From: an uncultured Paraburkholderia sp.
GTDB lineage: Bacteria > Pseudomonadota > Gammaproteobacteria > Burkholderiales > Burkholderiaceae
Length of the DNA stretch: 64,000 nucleotides
Direction: 5' to 3'
Assembly (NCBI GenBank): GCA_940747215.1
Contig: CALNWS010000019.1
Coordinates: 476 to 64,475 of the forward strand
The first letter of the stretch is position 1. Each line of letters begins with the position of its first letter. The notes under the pieces are model-generated. The model was given only the letters and a program-made list of their open reading frames with translations, had not been told where the DNA came from and ran no database searches. Made by a program: the position numbers and the translations under genes. This document shows, in pieces, positions 20,252-28,972 of this stretch.

Positions 20252-21369
20252 AAGTCATGGTGGTCATGGGCACGCGGCCCGAAGTCATCAAACTCGCGCC
20301 GGTCGTGAACGCGCTGCGCGGGGCGGCCGAAACGGTTGTCTGCGCGAGCGGCCAGCACAAGGACATGGCCGCGCAGGCGCTCGAGTTCTTCGGCATCGAG
20401 CCCGACTTCACGCTCGACACGATGAGCGCCGGGCAATCGCTCAATACGTTGTCCGCGCGGCTGTTCGCCGCGCTCGATCACGCGCTCGAACAGGTCAAAC
20501 CGGATTGGGTGATCGTGCAGGGCGACACGACGACCGCGTTCTGCGCGGGCCTCGCGGCGTTCCATCGCGGCGTCAAGGTCGGACACGTCGAAGCCGGTTT
20601 GCGTACCGGCGATCTGGAGAGCCCGTTTCCCGAAGAAGCGAACCGTTCGCTGTTGAGCCGCATTGCCACGCTGCATTTCGCGCCGACCGAACGCGCGCGC
20701 CGGCATCTGCTGGACGAAGGTATTGCTGCGGAAAAAATCGCCGTGACGGGCAATACGGTGGTGGACGCCATCGAAGCCGTGCGCGCGAACTGGCAAGCCA
20801 CGCCGCCGCAGAGCCCGTTGCCCGCATGGCACGGCACGCAGCAGCAACACGTTCTCGTCACGTGCCATCGTCGCGAGAATTTTGGCGACGTGCTGCAGGA
20901 CATCTGCCGCGTGTTGCGCGATCTGTGTCAACGCTACAGCGATTACCGCTGGGTGTTTCCGGTGCATCTGAATCCGGCTGTGCGCGCGCCCGTGTTGCGC
21001 GAACTGGACGGCATCGCGAATTTCGCGTTGATCGAACCGGTGGATTATCCGACGAGCCTCTATCTGATCAGCGGCAGCGCCGTCGTGGTGAGCGACTCCG
21101 GCGGCATTCAGGAGGAAGCGCCGACGTTCGGCGTGCCGGTGGTCGTCATGCGCAATCACACGGAGCGGCGCGAGGTTGTCGATGCGGGCTTTGCCACGCT
21201 CGCGGGCCAGGCGCCGGAAAGTATCGAGAACGCGGTGGTCGGCTGGCTCGACGACCCGGCACGGCGTGCGTCGCTGCGCAATCGCGCCAATCCTTATGGC
21301 GACGGCCGCGCGTCGCAACGTATCGTCGAGAGTCTTTTGGGCCGACCGGTCGAGGTGTTCAGTGGTTGA
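20248..21369 (+). CDS. wecB: UDP-N-acetylglucosamine 2-epimerase (non-hydrolysing)
   Basis: MKVMVVMGTRPEVIKLAPV...VQGDTTT...HVEAGLRT...PFPEEANR...DSGGIQEEAP. 373 aa. Confidence 0.9.
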   Translation: MKVMVVMGTRPEVIKLAPVVNALRGAAETVVCASGQHKDMAAQALEFFGIEPDFTLDTMSAGQSLNTLSARLFAALDHALEQVKPDWVIVQGDTTTAFCAGLAAFHRGVKVGHVEAGLRTGDLESPFPEEANRSLLSRIATLHFAPTERARRHLLDEGIAAEKIAVTGNTVVDAIEAVRANWQATPPQSPLPAWHGTQQQHVLVTCHRRENFGDVLQDICRVLRDLCQRYSDYRWVFPVHLNPAVRAPVLRELDGIANFALIEPVDYPTSLYLISGSAVVVSDSGGIQEEAPTFGVPVVVMRNHTERREVVDAGFATLAGQAPESIENAVVGWLDDPARRASLRNRANPYGDGRASQRIVESLLGRPVEVFSG

Positions 21370-22654
21370 AGGCAAGGGCGCCGTGTTTCACGTGCAAGAC
21401 CGCGACGCGCAAGACTGCGTGCTTTTTTCCACCGCCGACTGGGACGAACCCTACTGGACCAACAAGCAGCACACCGCGAGCATTCTGGCCGCGCGTGGCT
21501 GGCGCATCCTGTACGTGGAAAGCGTGGGTTTTCGCTCGCCGAAAGTAGGCAGCGGGCGCGACTGGAAGCGTCTGTGGCGGCGCCTGTGGCGCGGCGTGCA
21601 GTCGCTCGTGCTCGGGCCGCCGCAACGCGCGGACAACATCTGGGTGCTGTCGCCGCTCATGGTGCCGGCGGGGCACCATCTGCCGTTCGTGCGCCCGCTG
21701 AACCAGGCGCTGCTGTGCTTTTCGGTCAGCCGTTTCACGAAGTCGCGGCGCTTTAACAAGCCTGTCGTGTGGACCTATCACCCGTACATGCTCGACGCCA
21801 TCGCGACACTGCCGCGCGGGCCGCTCGTCTATCACTGCGTCGACGATATCGCCAAGATTCCGGGCGTCGACATGCAGGCGTTCCGCAGTGCGCAGCAGGC
21901 GCTGCTCTGGCGCTGCGAGGTCGTCTTCACCACCGCGATGTCGCTGAAGGAGACCTGCGAGCCGTTCAATCGCAACACGCACTTCTTCGGCAACGTGGTG
22001 GACGACACGCACTTCGGTATGGCCCGCGCGCCGGGTCTGGTGCCGTCGGAACTGGCCGCCATTCCCGAGCCGCGCCTCGTGTATCACGGCGTGTTGTCCG
22101 ACTTCAAGGTCGACTTTCCGTTGCTGATCCAGACGGCGAAGGCGCGGCCTGACTGGCATTGGGTCATCATCGGCGAAGAGCGGGAAGGGCAGCGCAGCGA
22201 GCTGCTCGCGCAGCTCGCACGCCTGCCGAACGTGCATCTGCTCGGCTATCGTCCGTATCAGAATCTGCCCGCGTACCTGCGCGGCATGCAGGTGGGCGTG
22301 CTGCCCACTTTGCTGAACGACTACACGCGCTCCATGTTTCCGATGAAGTTCTACGAATACCTCGCGGCCGGTTTGCCGGTCGCCTCCACGCCGCTCGACT
22401 TCGCGAAGGAGCCGCGCGCCGGTCTCGAAGTGGGCAGCGATTTCGACGCCTTCGTGGCCGCCATCGAAAAGCAGCTCGCGCGCGGCAAGCTGAGCACGGA
22501 CGAGGCGCGCGCGGCGGTGGGCGAGAACACGTGGGAGCGGCGACTGGACAAGATGCTCGCCATCATCTTCAGACAGGACGAAGCAAACGGCGGCACATTC
22601 AGCAACACGCACGACGGCTCGAAGCACGCGGGCGGCGCGGAGGTGCGCACGTGA
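21362..22654 (+). CDS. Glycosyltransferase, GT-B fold (GT4-like; TuaH/WbaZ-like)
   Basis: The ORF is open from 21176. GTG 21362 was chosen because it overlaps the wecB stop. CVLFSTADWDEPYWTNKQH...; the C-terminal domain reads ...LGYRPYQNLPAYLRGMQVGVLP...TRSMFPMKFYEYLAAGLPV (E-x7-E-like). The start is uncertain by up to 30 nt. Confidence 0.72.
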   Translation: MVEGKGAVFHVQDRDAQDCVLFSTADWDEPYWTNKQHTASILAARGWRILYVESVGFRSPKVGSGRDWKRLWRRLWRGVQSLVLGPPQRADNIWVLSPLMVPAGHHLPFVRPLNQALLCFSVSRFTKSRRFNKPVVWTYHPYMLDAIATLPRGPLVYHCVDDIAKIPGVDMQAFRSAQQALLWRCEVVFTTAMSLKETCEPFNRNTHFFGNVVDDTHFGMARAPGLVPSELAAIPEPRLVYHGVLSDFKVDFPLLIQTAKARPDWHWVIIGEEREGQRSELLAQLARLPNVHLLGYRPYQNLPAYLRGMQVGVLPTLLNDYTRSMFPMKFYEYLAAGLPVASTPLDFAKEPRAGLEVGSDFDAFVAAIEKQLARGKLSTDEARAAVGENTWERRLDKMLAIIFRQDEANGGTFSNTHDGSKHAGGAEVRT

Positions 22655-23781
22655 GGGTGGTTCATGTGTATCGCACGTATTTTCCCGACCCGCCGGGCGG
22701 CCTGCAGGAAGCGATCCGGCAGATTGCGCTGTCCACGCGCGCATGCGGCGTCGAGCCGCGCATCCTGACGCTTTCGCCCACGCCCGAGCCGGTTGTCGTG
22801 TCGTTTCCCGAGGGTGACGTGATCCGTTCGAAGTCGTGGGCCGCGCCCGCTTCGTGCGATCTCGGCGGGCCTGCTTCGCTGTTGAAATACCGCGAGATGG
22901 CCGCTTGGGCCGACGTCGTGCATTTTCATTTTCCGTGGCCGTTCGCGGATGTGCTACATCTGCTCGGCCGCACGAAAAAGCCGACGGTGATGACGTATCA
23001 CTCCGACATCGTGCGTCAGAAGGCGCTCGGCGCCGTGTACGGACCGCTGATGCGGCGCATGCTGCGCAGCATGTCGGTGGTCGTCGCGACGTCGCCGGCC
23101 TACGCGCAAACCAGCGAGACGCTGCGCGGCTCTGTGACGAAAGAGCGGCTCAAGACGATACCGCTCGGCATCATCGACTACCGCGATGCGCCGCATCCTG
23201 CGAACGTGCAGCGCGACATCGAGCAGCGGCTCGGCATTGCGCCGGGAAAGCCGTACTTTCTCGCGCTCGGCGTGCTGCGCTATTACAAGGGTCTGCATAC
23301 GCTCGTCGAGGCCGCGCGTCAGGTGAATGCGAAAGTCGTGATCGCGGGCTCGGGTCCAGAGCGCGAACGTCTTGCCGAACAGGCGAAAGAAGCCGGCGCA
23401 ACGAACGTGGTGTTCGCCGGACAGGTCACGCACGAAGAGAAAGTCGCGTTGCTGAAGGGCTGCTGCGCGATGGTGTTGCCTTCGCATCTGCGTTCGGAAG
23501 CGTTCGGCATGGTGCTCGTCGAAGCGGAAATGTTCGGCAAGCCGATGATCTGCTGCGAAGTGGGCTCGGGCACGTCGTATATGAACGAAGACGGCGTGAC
23601 GGGTTTCGTCGTGAAGCCGGAAGCGCCGCACGAACTGGCGCGCGCAATGAACGCGCTGCTCGCCGACGACGAACTCGCCGCGCGCATGAGTGAGGCGGCG
23701 CGGGCGCGTTATGAGACGCACTTTTCGGGCGAGGTGCTCGGGCGGGCGTATAGCGCGCTGTACAGCGAAGTCGCGCGCTGA
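22651..23781 (+). CDS. Glycosyltransferase family 4 (GT-B; mannosyl/rhamnosyl-transferase-like)
   Basis: VRVVHVYRTYFPDPPGGLQEAI... and ...SEAFGMVLVEAEMFGKPMICCEVGSGTSYMNEDGVTGFVV (the EX7E motif). The start overlaps the previous stop. Confidence 0.8.
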   Translation: MRVVHVYRTYFPDPPGGLQEAIRQIALSTRACGVEPRILTLSPTPEPVVVSFPEGDVIRSKSWAAPASCDLGGPASLLKYREMAAWADVVHFHFPWPFADVLHLLGRTKKPTVMTYHSDIVRQKALGAVYGPLMRRMLRSMSVVVATSPAYAQTSETLRGSVTKERLKTIPLGIIDYRDAPHPANVQRDIEQRLGIAPGKPYFLALGVLRYYKGLHTLVEAARQVNAKVVIAGSGPERERLAEQAKEAGATNVVFAGQVTHEEKVALLKGCCAMVLPSHLRSEAFGMVLVEAEMFGKPMICCEVGSGTSYMNEDGVTGFVVKPEAPHELARAMNALLADDELAARMSEAARARYETHFSGEVLGRAYSALYSEVAR

Positions 23782-23931
23782 TGGCGGGCGCACGCGGCGC
23801 TAGCGCATTCCCGCCCGGCCACGGCTCGCCGGACGAACCGTATACAATGCAATGGGGCGTTTCGTGCAGTCGGCGCGACGCCTGCCTTTTTGCCGTTCCC
23901 TTCGCCGCGCTCTTCATCGTGACGCATCGGC

Positions 23932-24984
23932 ATGACAAACATGACATCAAGTACCCCCAGCAAACCTCACTCAATTGCCGTCGTCATTCCGAGCTATAAG
24001 GTGCGCGCGCACATTCTCGGCGTGATCGCGAAGATCGCCCCGGAAGTGGAGAGGATTTACGTGGTCGACGACTGCTGTCCCGACAGCAGCGGCACGTTCG
24101 TCGAAAGTCATTGCGACGACGCGCGCGTGCGTGTGGTCCTGCATACGGTGAATCAGGGTGTCGGCGGCGCGGTGATGACGGGTTATGAGGCGGCGATTGC
24201 CGACGGTGCAGACGTCATCGTGAAAGTGGACGGCGACGGCCAGATGGACCCGGCTCTGCTGCCGCAATTCATTCTGCCGATCGTCGAAGGCTGGGCCGAT
24301 TACACGAAGGGCAACCGCTTCTACGATCTGACGCACATCACCCACATGCCGGCCATGCGTCTGATCGGCAACGCGGGTCTGTCGATCATGACGAAGATTT
24401 CCACGGGCTACTGGACGATCTTCGATCCGACCAACGGCTACACGGCGATCAATGCGCGCACGGCGGCGCATCTGCCGTTCGATCGCATCAGCAAGCGCTA
24501 TTTCTTCGAAACGGACATGCTGTTCCGCCTGAATACGCTGCGCGCCGTGGTGGCCGATATTCCGATGGACGCCGTGTACGGCGACGAAAAGTCGAACCTG
24601 AAGATCGGCCAGGTGCTGTTCGAATTCATGGGCAAGCACGCGAAGAACCTCGCGAAGCGCATCTTCTACAACTACTTCCTGCGCGACATGACGGCGGCGA
24701 CCTTCGAGCTGATCGTCGGCGTCGTGCTGTTCGTGTTCGGCGTGTGCTTCGGCATTGTGCACTGGATCAGCGCGCTGGCCACCGCCACGCCTACGCCGCT
24801 CGGCACGATCATGCTCTCGGCGTTGCCCGTGCTGATCGGCTTGCAATTCCTGCTGGGGTTCCTCAATTTCGACGTCGCCAACGTGCCCTCGCGGCCCATC
24901 AGCCCGTTCCTGCCGTTACGGCCACGAGCCGCACGCGAACCGTTGAAGGCCGAAAACGAGGCGCAGCTCGATCCCATCGAATAA
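23932..24984 (+). CDS. GT2 polyprenyl-phosphate glycosyltransferase (GtrB/ArnC/DPM1-like) with C-terminal TM helices
   Basis: IAVVIPSYKV...VVDDCCPDSSG...VKVDGDGQMDP (DxD) ...TGYWTIFDPTNGY.... This is followed by two hydrophobic helices (FELIVGVVLFVFGVCFGIVHWI, IMLSALPVLIGLQFLLGFL). Confidence 0.8.
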   Translation: MTNMTSSTPSKPHSIAVVIPSYKVRAHILGVIAKIAPEVERIYVVDDCCPDSSGTFVESHCDDARVRVVLHTVNQGVGGAVMTGYEAAIADGADVIVKVDGDGQMDPALLPQFILPIVEGWADYTKGNRFYDLTHITHMPAMRLIGNAGLSIMTKISTGYWTIFDPTNGYTAINARTAAHLPFDRISKRYFFETDMLFRLNTLRAVVADIPMDAVYGDEKSNLKIGQVLFEFMGKHAKNLAKRIFYNYFLRDMTAATFELIVGVVLFVFGVCFGIVHWISALATATPTPLGTIMLSALPVLIGLQFLLGFLNFDVANVPSRPISPFLPLRPRAAREPLKAENEAQLDPIE

Positions 24985-25072
24985 GTCTGCTTGCCGTGGC
25001 GGGTGCTCCGATTGCGTTCGGAGCACCCCACGCGCAAGCGCCATTCATTCTGCTTTACTGACCGTACAGAGC

Positions 25073-25423
25073 ATGACTCCACTTCAAACCCTCTACGCTA
25101 TTGCCTGCGCCTGCATCATCGCCATCGGACAGATCGCCTTCAAGAAAGCCGGCATGGAAGTGCAAAGCGCCGGGACGTGGTTCTCGCCGCGCGCGATGAT
25201 CACGATCTGCTTCGCGCTCGCCATTTACGCGGTCGCCACGCTGCTGTGGATCAACCTGCTGCGCTTCGTCAATCTGAACCGCGCGTATTCGTTCATGACG
25301 CTGTGCTTCATCATCGTGCCGCTTGCGAGCCATTTCGTGTTCAAGGAACACATCACGCCGGGATACGCGATCGGCACGGCGCTCGTCGTGCTCGGTCTTT
25401 TCGTCGCGACGCGCTTCGGCTAA
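25073..25423 (+). CDS. Small 4-TM DMT/SMR-like membrane protein (ArnE/ArnF-like candidate polyprenyl-P-sugar flippase)
   Basis: 116 aa with four hydrophobic segments. GQIAFKKAG and NLNRAYSFMTL resemble EamA/ArnE-ArnF motifs. It lies between the GT2 and the giant membrane protein. Confidence 0.6.
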   Translation: MTPLQTLYAIACACIIAIGQIAFKKAGMEVQSAGTWFSPRAMITICFALAIYAVATLLWINLLRFVNLNRAYSFMTLCFIIVPLASHFVFKEHITPGYAIGTALVVLGLFVATRFG

Positions 25424-25448
25424 AGCAGATTTACCGGCCCGGCGTCGA

Positions 25449-25482
25449 CATGGGCAGCTCTCAAGCATGGGCAGCTCTCAAG
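25449..25482 (+). repeat. Perfect 17-bp tandem duplication (CATGGGCAGCTCTCAAG x2) 11 nt upstream of the 835-aa ORF start
   Basis: Read directly: catgggcagctctcaag catgggcagctctcaag, in the 69-nt intergenic gap 25424-25492. Confidence 0.95.
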
Positions 25483-25492
25483 ACTACGGAAC

Positions 25493-28000
25493 ATGCGCAA
25501 GCTTCTGATCACACTCTGCACGCTTCTCACGTGCCTGCATCTGACCAACGCATTCGCAGCCGAAGCCGAAGCGCCTGCCGCGGGCCGCGCGTTTCTCGAT
25601 GCGGTTGCCGTCGCTTCCACCACGCACACGATGCAGCTCGTGGTTTGGGCCGTGGTGCCGGGCGGCAAGGTGGGCGTGCCGACGCTGCATGTGTTCGTCG
25701 ATCAGCAGGAAGTGTATGTGGGCACCGCACAGCAGCAGGTTCGGCCGGACGTCGCCAAGGCAACCGGCCACGCCGAGTGGGCCAACGCGGGCTGGGTGGC
25801 GAGCGTGCCGTTGCCGGCCAGCGTCGGTCCGGGTACGGACAGCCTGCTCGTGCGCGTTCAGTTCGGCGCTTACGTCTGTATGGACAGCCGCCCGTCGTCG
25901 CCGCAAAACGCGTCGATCAGCATTCCCGAGCCGAAGTCGTTCACGCGAGAGATCTGGGGCGTGCTATTGAGTTTCGCCGTCGTGCTCGGCAGCTACTTCT
26001 TCGCGCCTTTGTTAAGCCGTACGCTGTCGCGCGTCACGGGCCGCGCGGTCGCGCCGCAGGCGTCGCCCGTGCTCGGTCTTCTGATCTGCTTTGCGCTTTT
26101 CGTCGGCTTCGGCGTGTCGGGCACGTCGGTTCACGAAACGGAAGGTGCGTCGCTGCCCATTCAGGGCATCCGCACGACGGTGATTGCGGGCGAGAGCCGG
26201 CCGATCCGCAGCGATGAATGGCTCGTGTTGTCGACAATGGCGATCGGACAGGTGCGCGCCGATCCCGCATTTCCGGTCGTGAACAAAGACGTCGGCCCCG
26301 ACGGCCAGAACATGCTGGTAGTCGGCATGACGTCGGTGCCGGTGCTCGACGTTTCCGCGTTGGGGCGCCCCGCCACGTGGGGCTACTTCTTCCTGCCGCT
26401 GCCTCAGGCGATGGCGTGGCACTGGTGGTTCCCTGCGTTCGCGTGCGTACTTGGATTGTGGGCATGCCTGTCGCTGCTGCTTCCCGGACGCTGGCGCACG
26501 ACGCTCGTGCTGTCGTTATGTTTCGTGCTGTCGCCGTATGTCGTCGCGTGGTCGTACTGGCCCGCGTACGTCACCCTGTTCGCCGCCACCGCATTTGTGG
26601 CGGTCGTTACCTTGCTCAAGGACGGCAACCGGCTGTTGAAGCCGTTGCTGGCGGCGGTGGTGGGCATTAGCGCGGGCGGCTTCGCGCTGACGCTCTATCC
26701 CGCGTGGCAGGTGCCGCTCGCTTATCTGTTCGCGCTGCTGCTGGTGGGCGTGGCGGTGCGCGACTGGCGCTCGCTCAGGTTCTCCGTCGGTAACATCGCG
26801 TGGCTCGTGCTCGGGCTCGTGCTGGCGGGTGTCATCGTCGGATCGTGGTGGCTCCATGCGCGCGACGCGGTGGCGGCGATGGTCGTGACGATCTATCCGG
26901 GACAGCGTACAGCGGTGCCGGGCGGCGGCATCGAGCCGTGGTACATGGCGCGCGGCTTCACCAATTTCAGGACGCTGTATTCGGACCTGCAAGGCTTCAC
27001 GAATCAGAGCGAGGTGTCGTCGTTCCTGTATTTCTTCGTGCCGGCGCTCGTAGGCGCGGTGTTCAATCGCGCGCACTCCGGCCGCAACAAGCCGGTGTTC
27101 TACGCGATCCTCGCCTTCATGGCGCTGACGTTCTGGTATCAGTACATCGGCTTTCCCGTCGCGCTGGCCAAGCTGACGCAATGGGGCCGCTCGTTCCCGA
27201 CGCGTGCCGATATCGCGCTCGGCGTGGCGTCGTTCGCGCTGCTCGGACTCGCGCTCGCGAAAGAGGGCGGAGAAGCGCGCGAATCGCATCCGCTGCCTTT
27301 GGAGCGCATCGGCGCGTGCATCGCGGCGGCGGTGTGGGTCGCGATTCTCTACTGGAGCATGCGGGAAATGCCTGGCCCGATCGCCGGTTTGATGGACCGG
27401 CCGCGCATGGTGCTGATGCTCGTCGTGATCGGCTGGTGTTCGTATGCGCTCGCGTCGCGCTGGTCCGGCGCGTTCCTCGCGTCGCTGCTTGCGCTGCTGC
27501 TTTTCACGACCGCCGCCTTCAATCCGTGGACGGTCATCACGGCGTCCGCCCAGCCGAAGCCCGCCGTGGGCAGTTGCGCGATGGGCGATGGGCGCACGCT
27601 GGTGCTCGGTTCGCACGTGCCGGCCATGACCTTGATGGCCTCCGGCTGCGAGGTGCTCGATGGCGTGTCCTACTATCCGCAGATGTCGCTGTGGCACAAG
27701 CTGGATCCGGGCGGACAGCAAAGCCAGGTCTACAACCGCTATATGCATCTGCTCGTCGACGTGGGCGATCTGCACGGCTCGCCGGCCGCGCAGATCATGA
27801 CGCCGCAAAGCGACGTGGTTCGCATGACACTCGACCCCAAAGGCTTCGACTTCGTGCAGTTGCCAATTGCCTACGTGCTGGTGCGCGCGGACATCGCGGC
27901 CGCGCTCGAGTCGAATCCTTCGTTGCAGAAAATGACACCGCTCTCGGCCGTGTGGTCGCGTTTCAAGGTGGTCCGCAAAGACGCGAACGGCCAGTCCTAA
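25493..28000 (+). CDS. Large polytopic membrane protein, candidate GT-C-type periplasmic glycosyltransferase (835 aa), uncharacterised
   Basis: Signal peptide MRKLLITLCTLLTCLHLTNAFA. Then an about 130-aa beta-rich segment and roughly 13-15 hydrophobic segments. An acidic loop motif RPIRSDEWLV follows the second TM. The C-terminal about 170 aa form a soluble domain. Uninterrupted ORF. The GT-C assignment is inferred from architecture and context. Confidence 0.5.
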   Translation: MRKLLITLCTLLTCLHLTNAFAAEAEAPAAGRAFLDAVAVASTTHTMQLVVWAVVPGGKVGVPTLHVFVDQQEVYVGTAQQQVRPDVAKATGHAEWANAGWVASVPLPASVGPGTDSLLVRVQFGAYVCMDSRPSSPQNASISIPEPKSFTREIWGVLLSFAVVLGSYFFAPLLSRTLSRVTGRAVAPQASPVLGLLICFALFVGFGVSGTSVHETEGASLPIQGIRTTVIAGESRPIRSDEWLVLSTMAIGQVRADPAFPVVNKDVGPDGQNMLVVGMTSVPVLDVSALGRPATWGYFFLPLPQAMAWHWWFPAFACVLGLWACLSLLLPGRWRTTLVLSLCFVLSPYVVAWSYWPAYVTLFAATAFVAVVTLLKDGNRLLKPLLAAVVGISAGGFALTLYPAWQVPLAYLFALLLVGVAVRDWRSLRFSVGNIAWLVLGLVLAGVIVGSWWLHARDAVAAMVVTIYPGQRTAVPGGGIEPWYMARGFTNFRTLYSDLQGFTNQSEVSSFLYFFVPALVGAVFNRAHSGRNKPVFYAILAFMALTFWYQYIGFPVALAKLTQWGRSFPTRADIALGVASFALLGLALAKEGGEARESHPLPLERIGACIAAAVWVAILYWSMREMPGPIAGLMDRPRMVLMLVVIGWCSYALASRWSGAFLASLLALLLFTTAAFNPWTVITASAQPKPAVGSCAMGDGRTLVLGSHVPAMTLMASGCEVLDGVSYYPQMSLWHKLDPGGQQSQVYNRYMHLLVDVGDLHGSPAAQIMTPQSDVVRMTLDPKGFDFVQLPIAYVLVRADIAAALESNPSLQKMTPLSAVWSRFKVVRKDANGQS

Positions 28001-28041
28001 ACAGCGCGCTCGCGAGCGAAGCGCAACGCGCGCCTCGTTTT

Positions 28042-28896
28042 CTAGAACGGCAGGCCGGGCCCTTCGTTGGCGGCGCTTGCTTCCATGTGCCGCCAGCTGT
28101 TCACGATGTGCGACTTGTCCGTGGACGGCTGCAGCGCGACGAAAAACTCCATGTCGTTGCGCTCGGTGTAGAAGAAGTTGCCGCAGGCGAAGTCGATCAG
28201 ATCGAGCTTCGCCATCTCGCGGAACAGGCGCGCAAAGGAGCCGGCGTGAACACCCAGCAGTGCACGTCGTGATAGGCACCGTTTTCGAGGCTGTCGCGCG
28301 CCACGCCCATTGCCGTGTCGAACGTGGGATGGCGCTCGGTGGTTACGGGGTCGAGCGGTCCTTTCCACGCAAGACCGCAGTCCACCTTCGCGGCATTCAG
28401 ACAGAAGTCGATCAGGATTTCGGATTGAGGCACGCGCGCATGCACGAGATTGCAATGCAGCACGCCGGCCATACGCGTTTCGTTGCGGAAGTAGTCGAAC
28501 GTGTAGCGCTTGTCCGCACGATGAGCCGCACTTCGCCGCCCGGATTCAGCACGGAGCGCAACTCGTGTAACCACGCCACGAGATCGGGCACATGCTCGAT
28601 GACATGCGACGCCACGATGTAATCCACGCGCCGTCCGCCGAGCGCTTCCTGCAACGTGCTCGCGCCCCACACGGCATCCACGTGAACGATGCGCGCGACA
28701 TCCACCTTGGGATCGTCCTTATATTTTTCCTGCAGCGTGGCGGTGTCCGCATGATCGACGTAGAGCACCGGGCCGTCTTCTTTCAGCAGAAACGGCCTGC
28801 ATAGCGCGCCGATTTCCAGACCGACGCAATCCTTCTGACCAGTCCAGCAAGCAGTTTTTCTTTCCGGGTGAACGGGGCACGCTGCGCAGCATTCAT
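28042..28896 (-). pseudogene. Class I SAM-dependent methyltransferase (Methyltransf_11-like plus C-terminal domain), frameshifted
   Basis: Pieces lie in three frames. (1) ATG 28896: MNAAQRAPFTRKEKLL.... (2) GLEIGALCRPFLLKEDGPVLYVDHADTATLQEKYKDDPKVDVARIVHVDAVWG...DYIVASHVIEHVPDLVAWLHELRSVLNPGGEVRLIV. (3) PDKRYTFDYFRNETRMAGVLHCNLVH...HDVHCWVFTP, after a missing C near 28516-28520. (4) SFARLFREMAKLDLIDFACGNFFYTERNDMEFFVALQP..., after a shift near 28240. Confidence 0.7.
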
Positions 28897-28972
28897 GTCG
28901 TTCCTGCCTTGAGGGCGGGGCGAAGCCCGCTGGTTCGTTACGGGGCGAGATTCCGGCCTGCTTGTACGTCCT

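Noticed and set aside
25001-25028. A stem-loop GGGTGCTCCG-attgcgtt-CGGAGCACCC between the GT2 gene and the small 4-TM gene, as a possible terminator.
   Set aside because: No U-tract follows, and the downstream genes appear to belong to the same functional trio. It may be an mRNA-stability or processing element, but a terminator call is unsupported.
25449-25482. Short tandem repeats (here and at 16121-51 and 56760-89) as possible CRISPR arrays or minisatellites.
   Set aside because: Each has only 2-3 directly abutting copies with no spacers, and there are no cas genes in the window. These are slippage duplications, not CRISPR.
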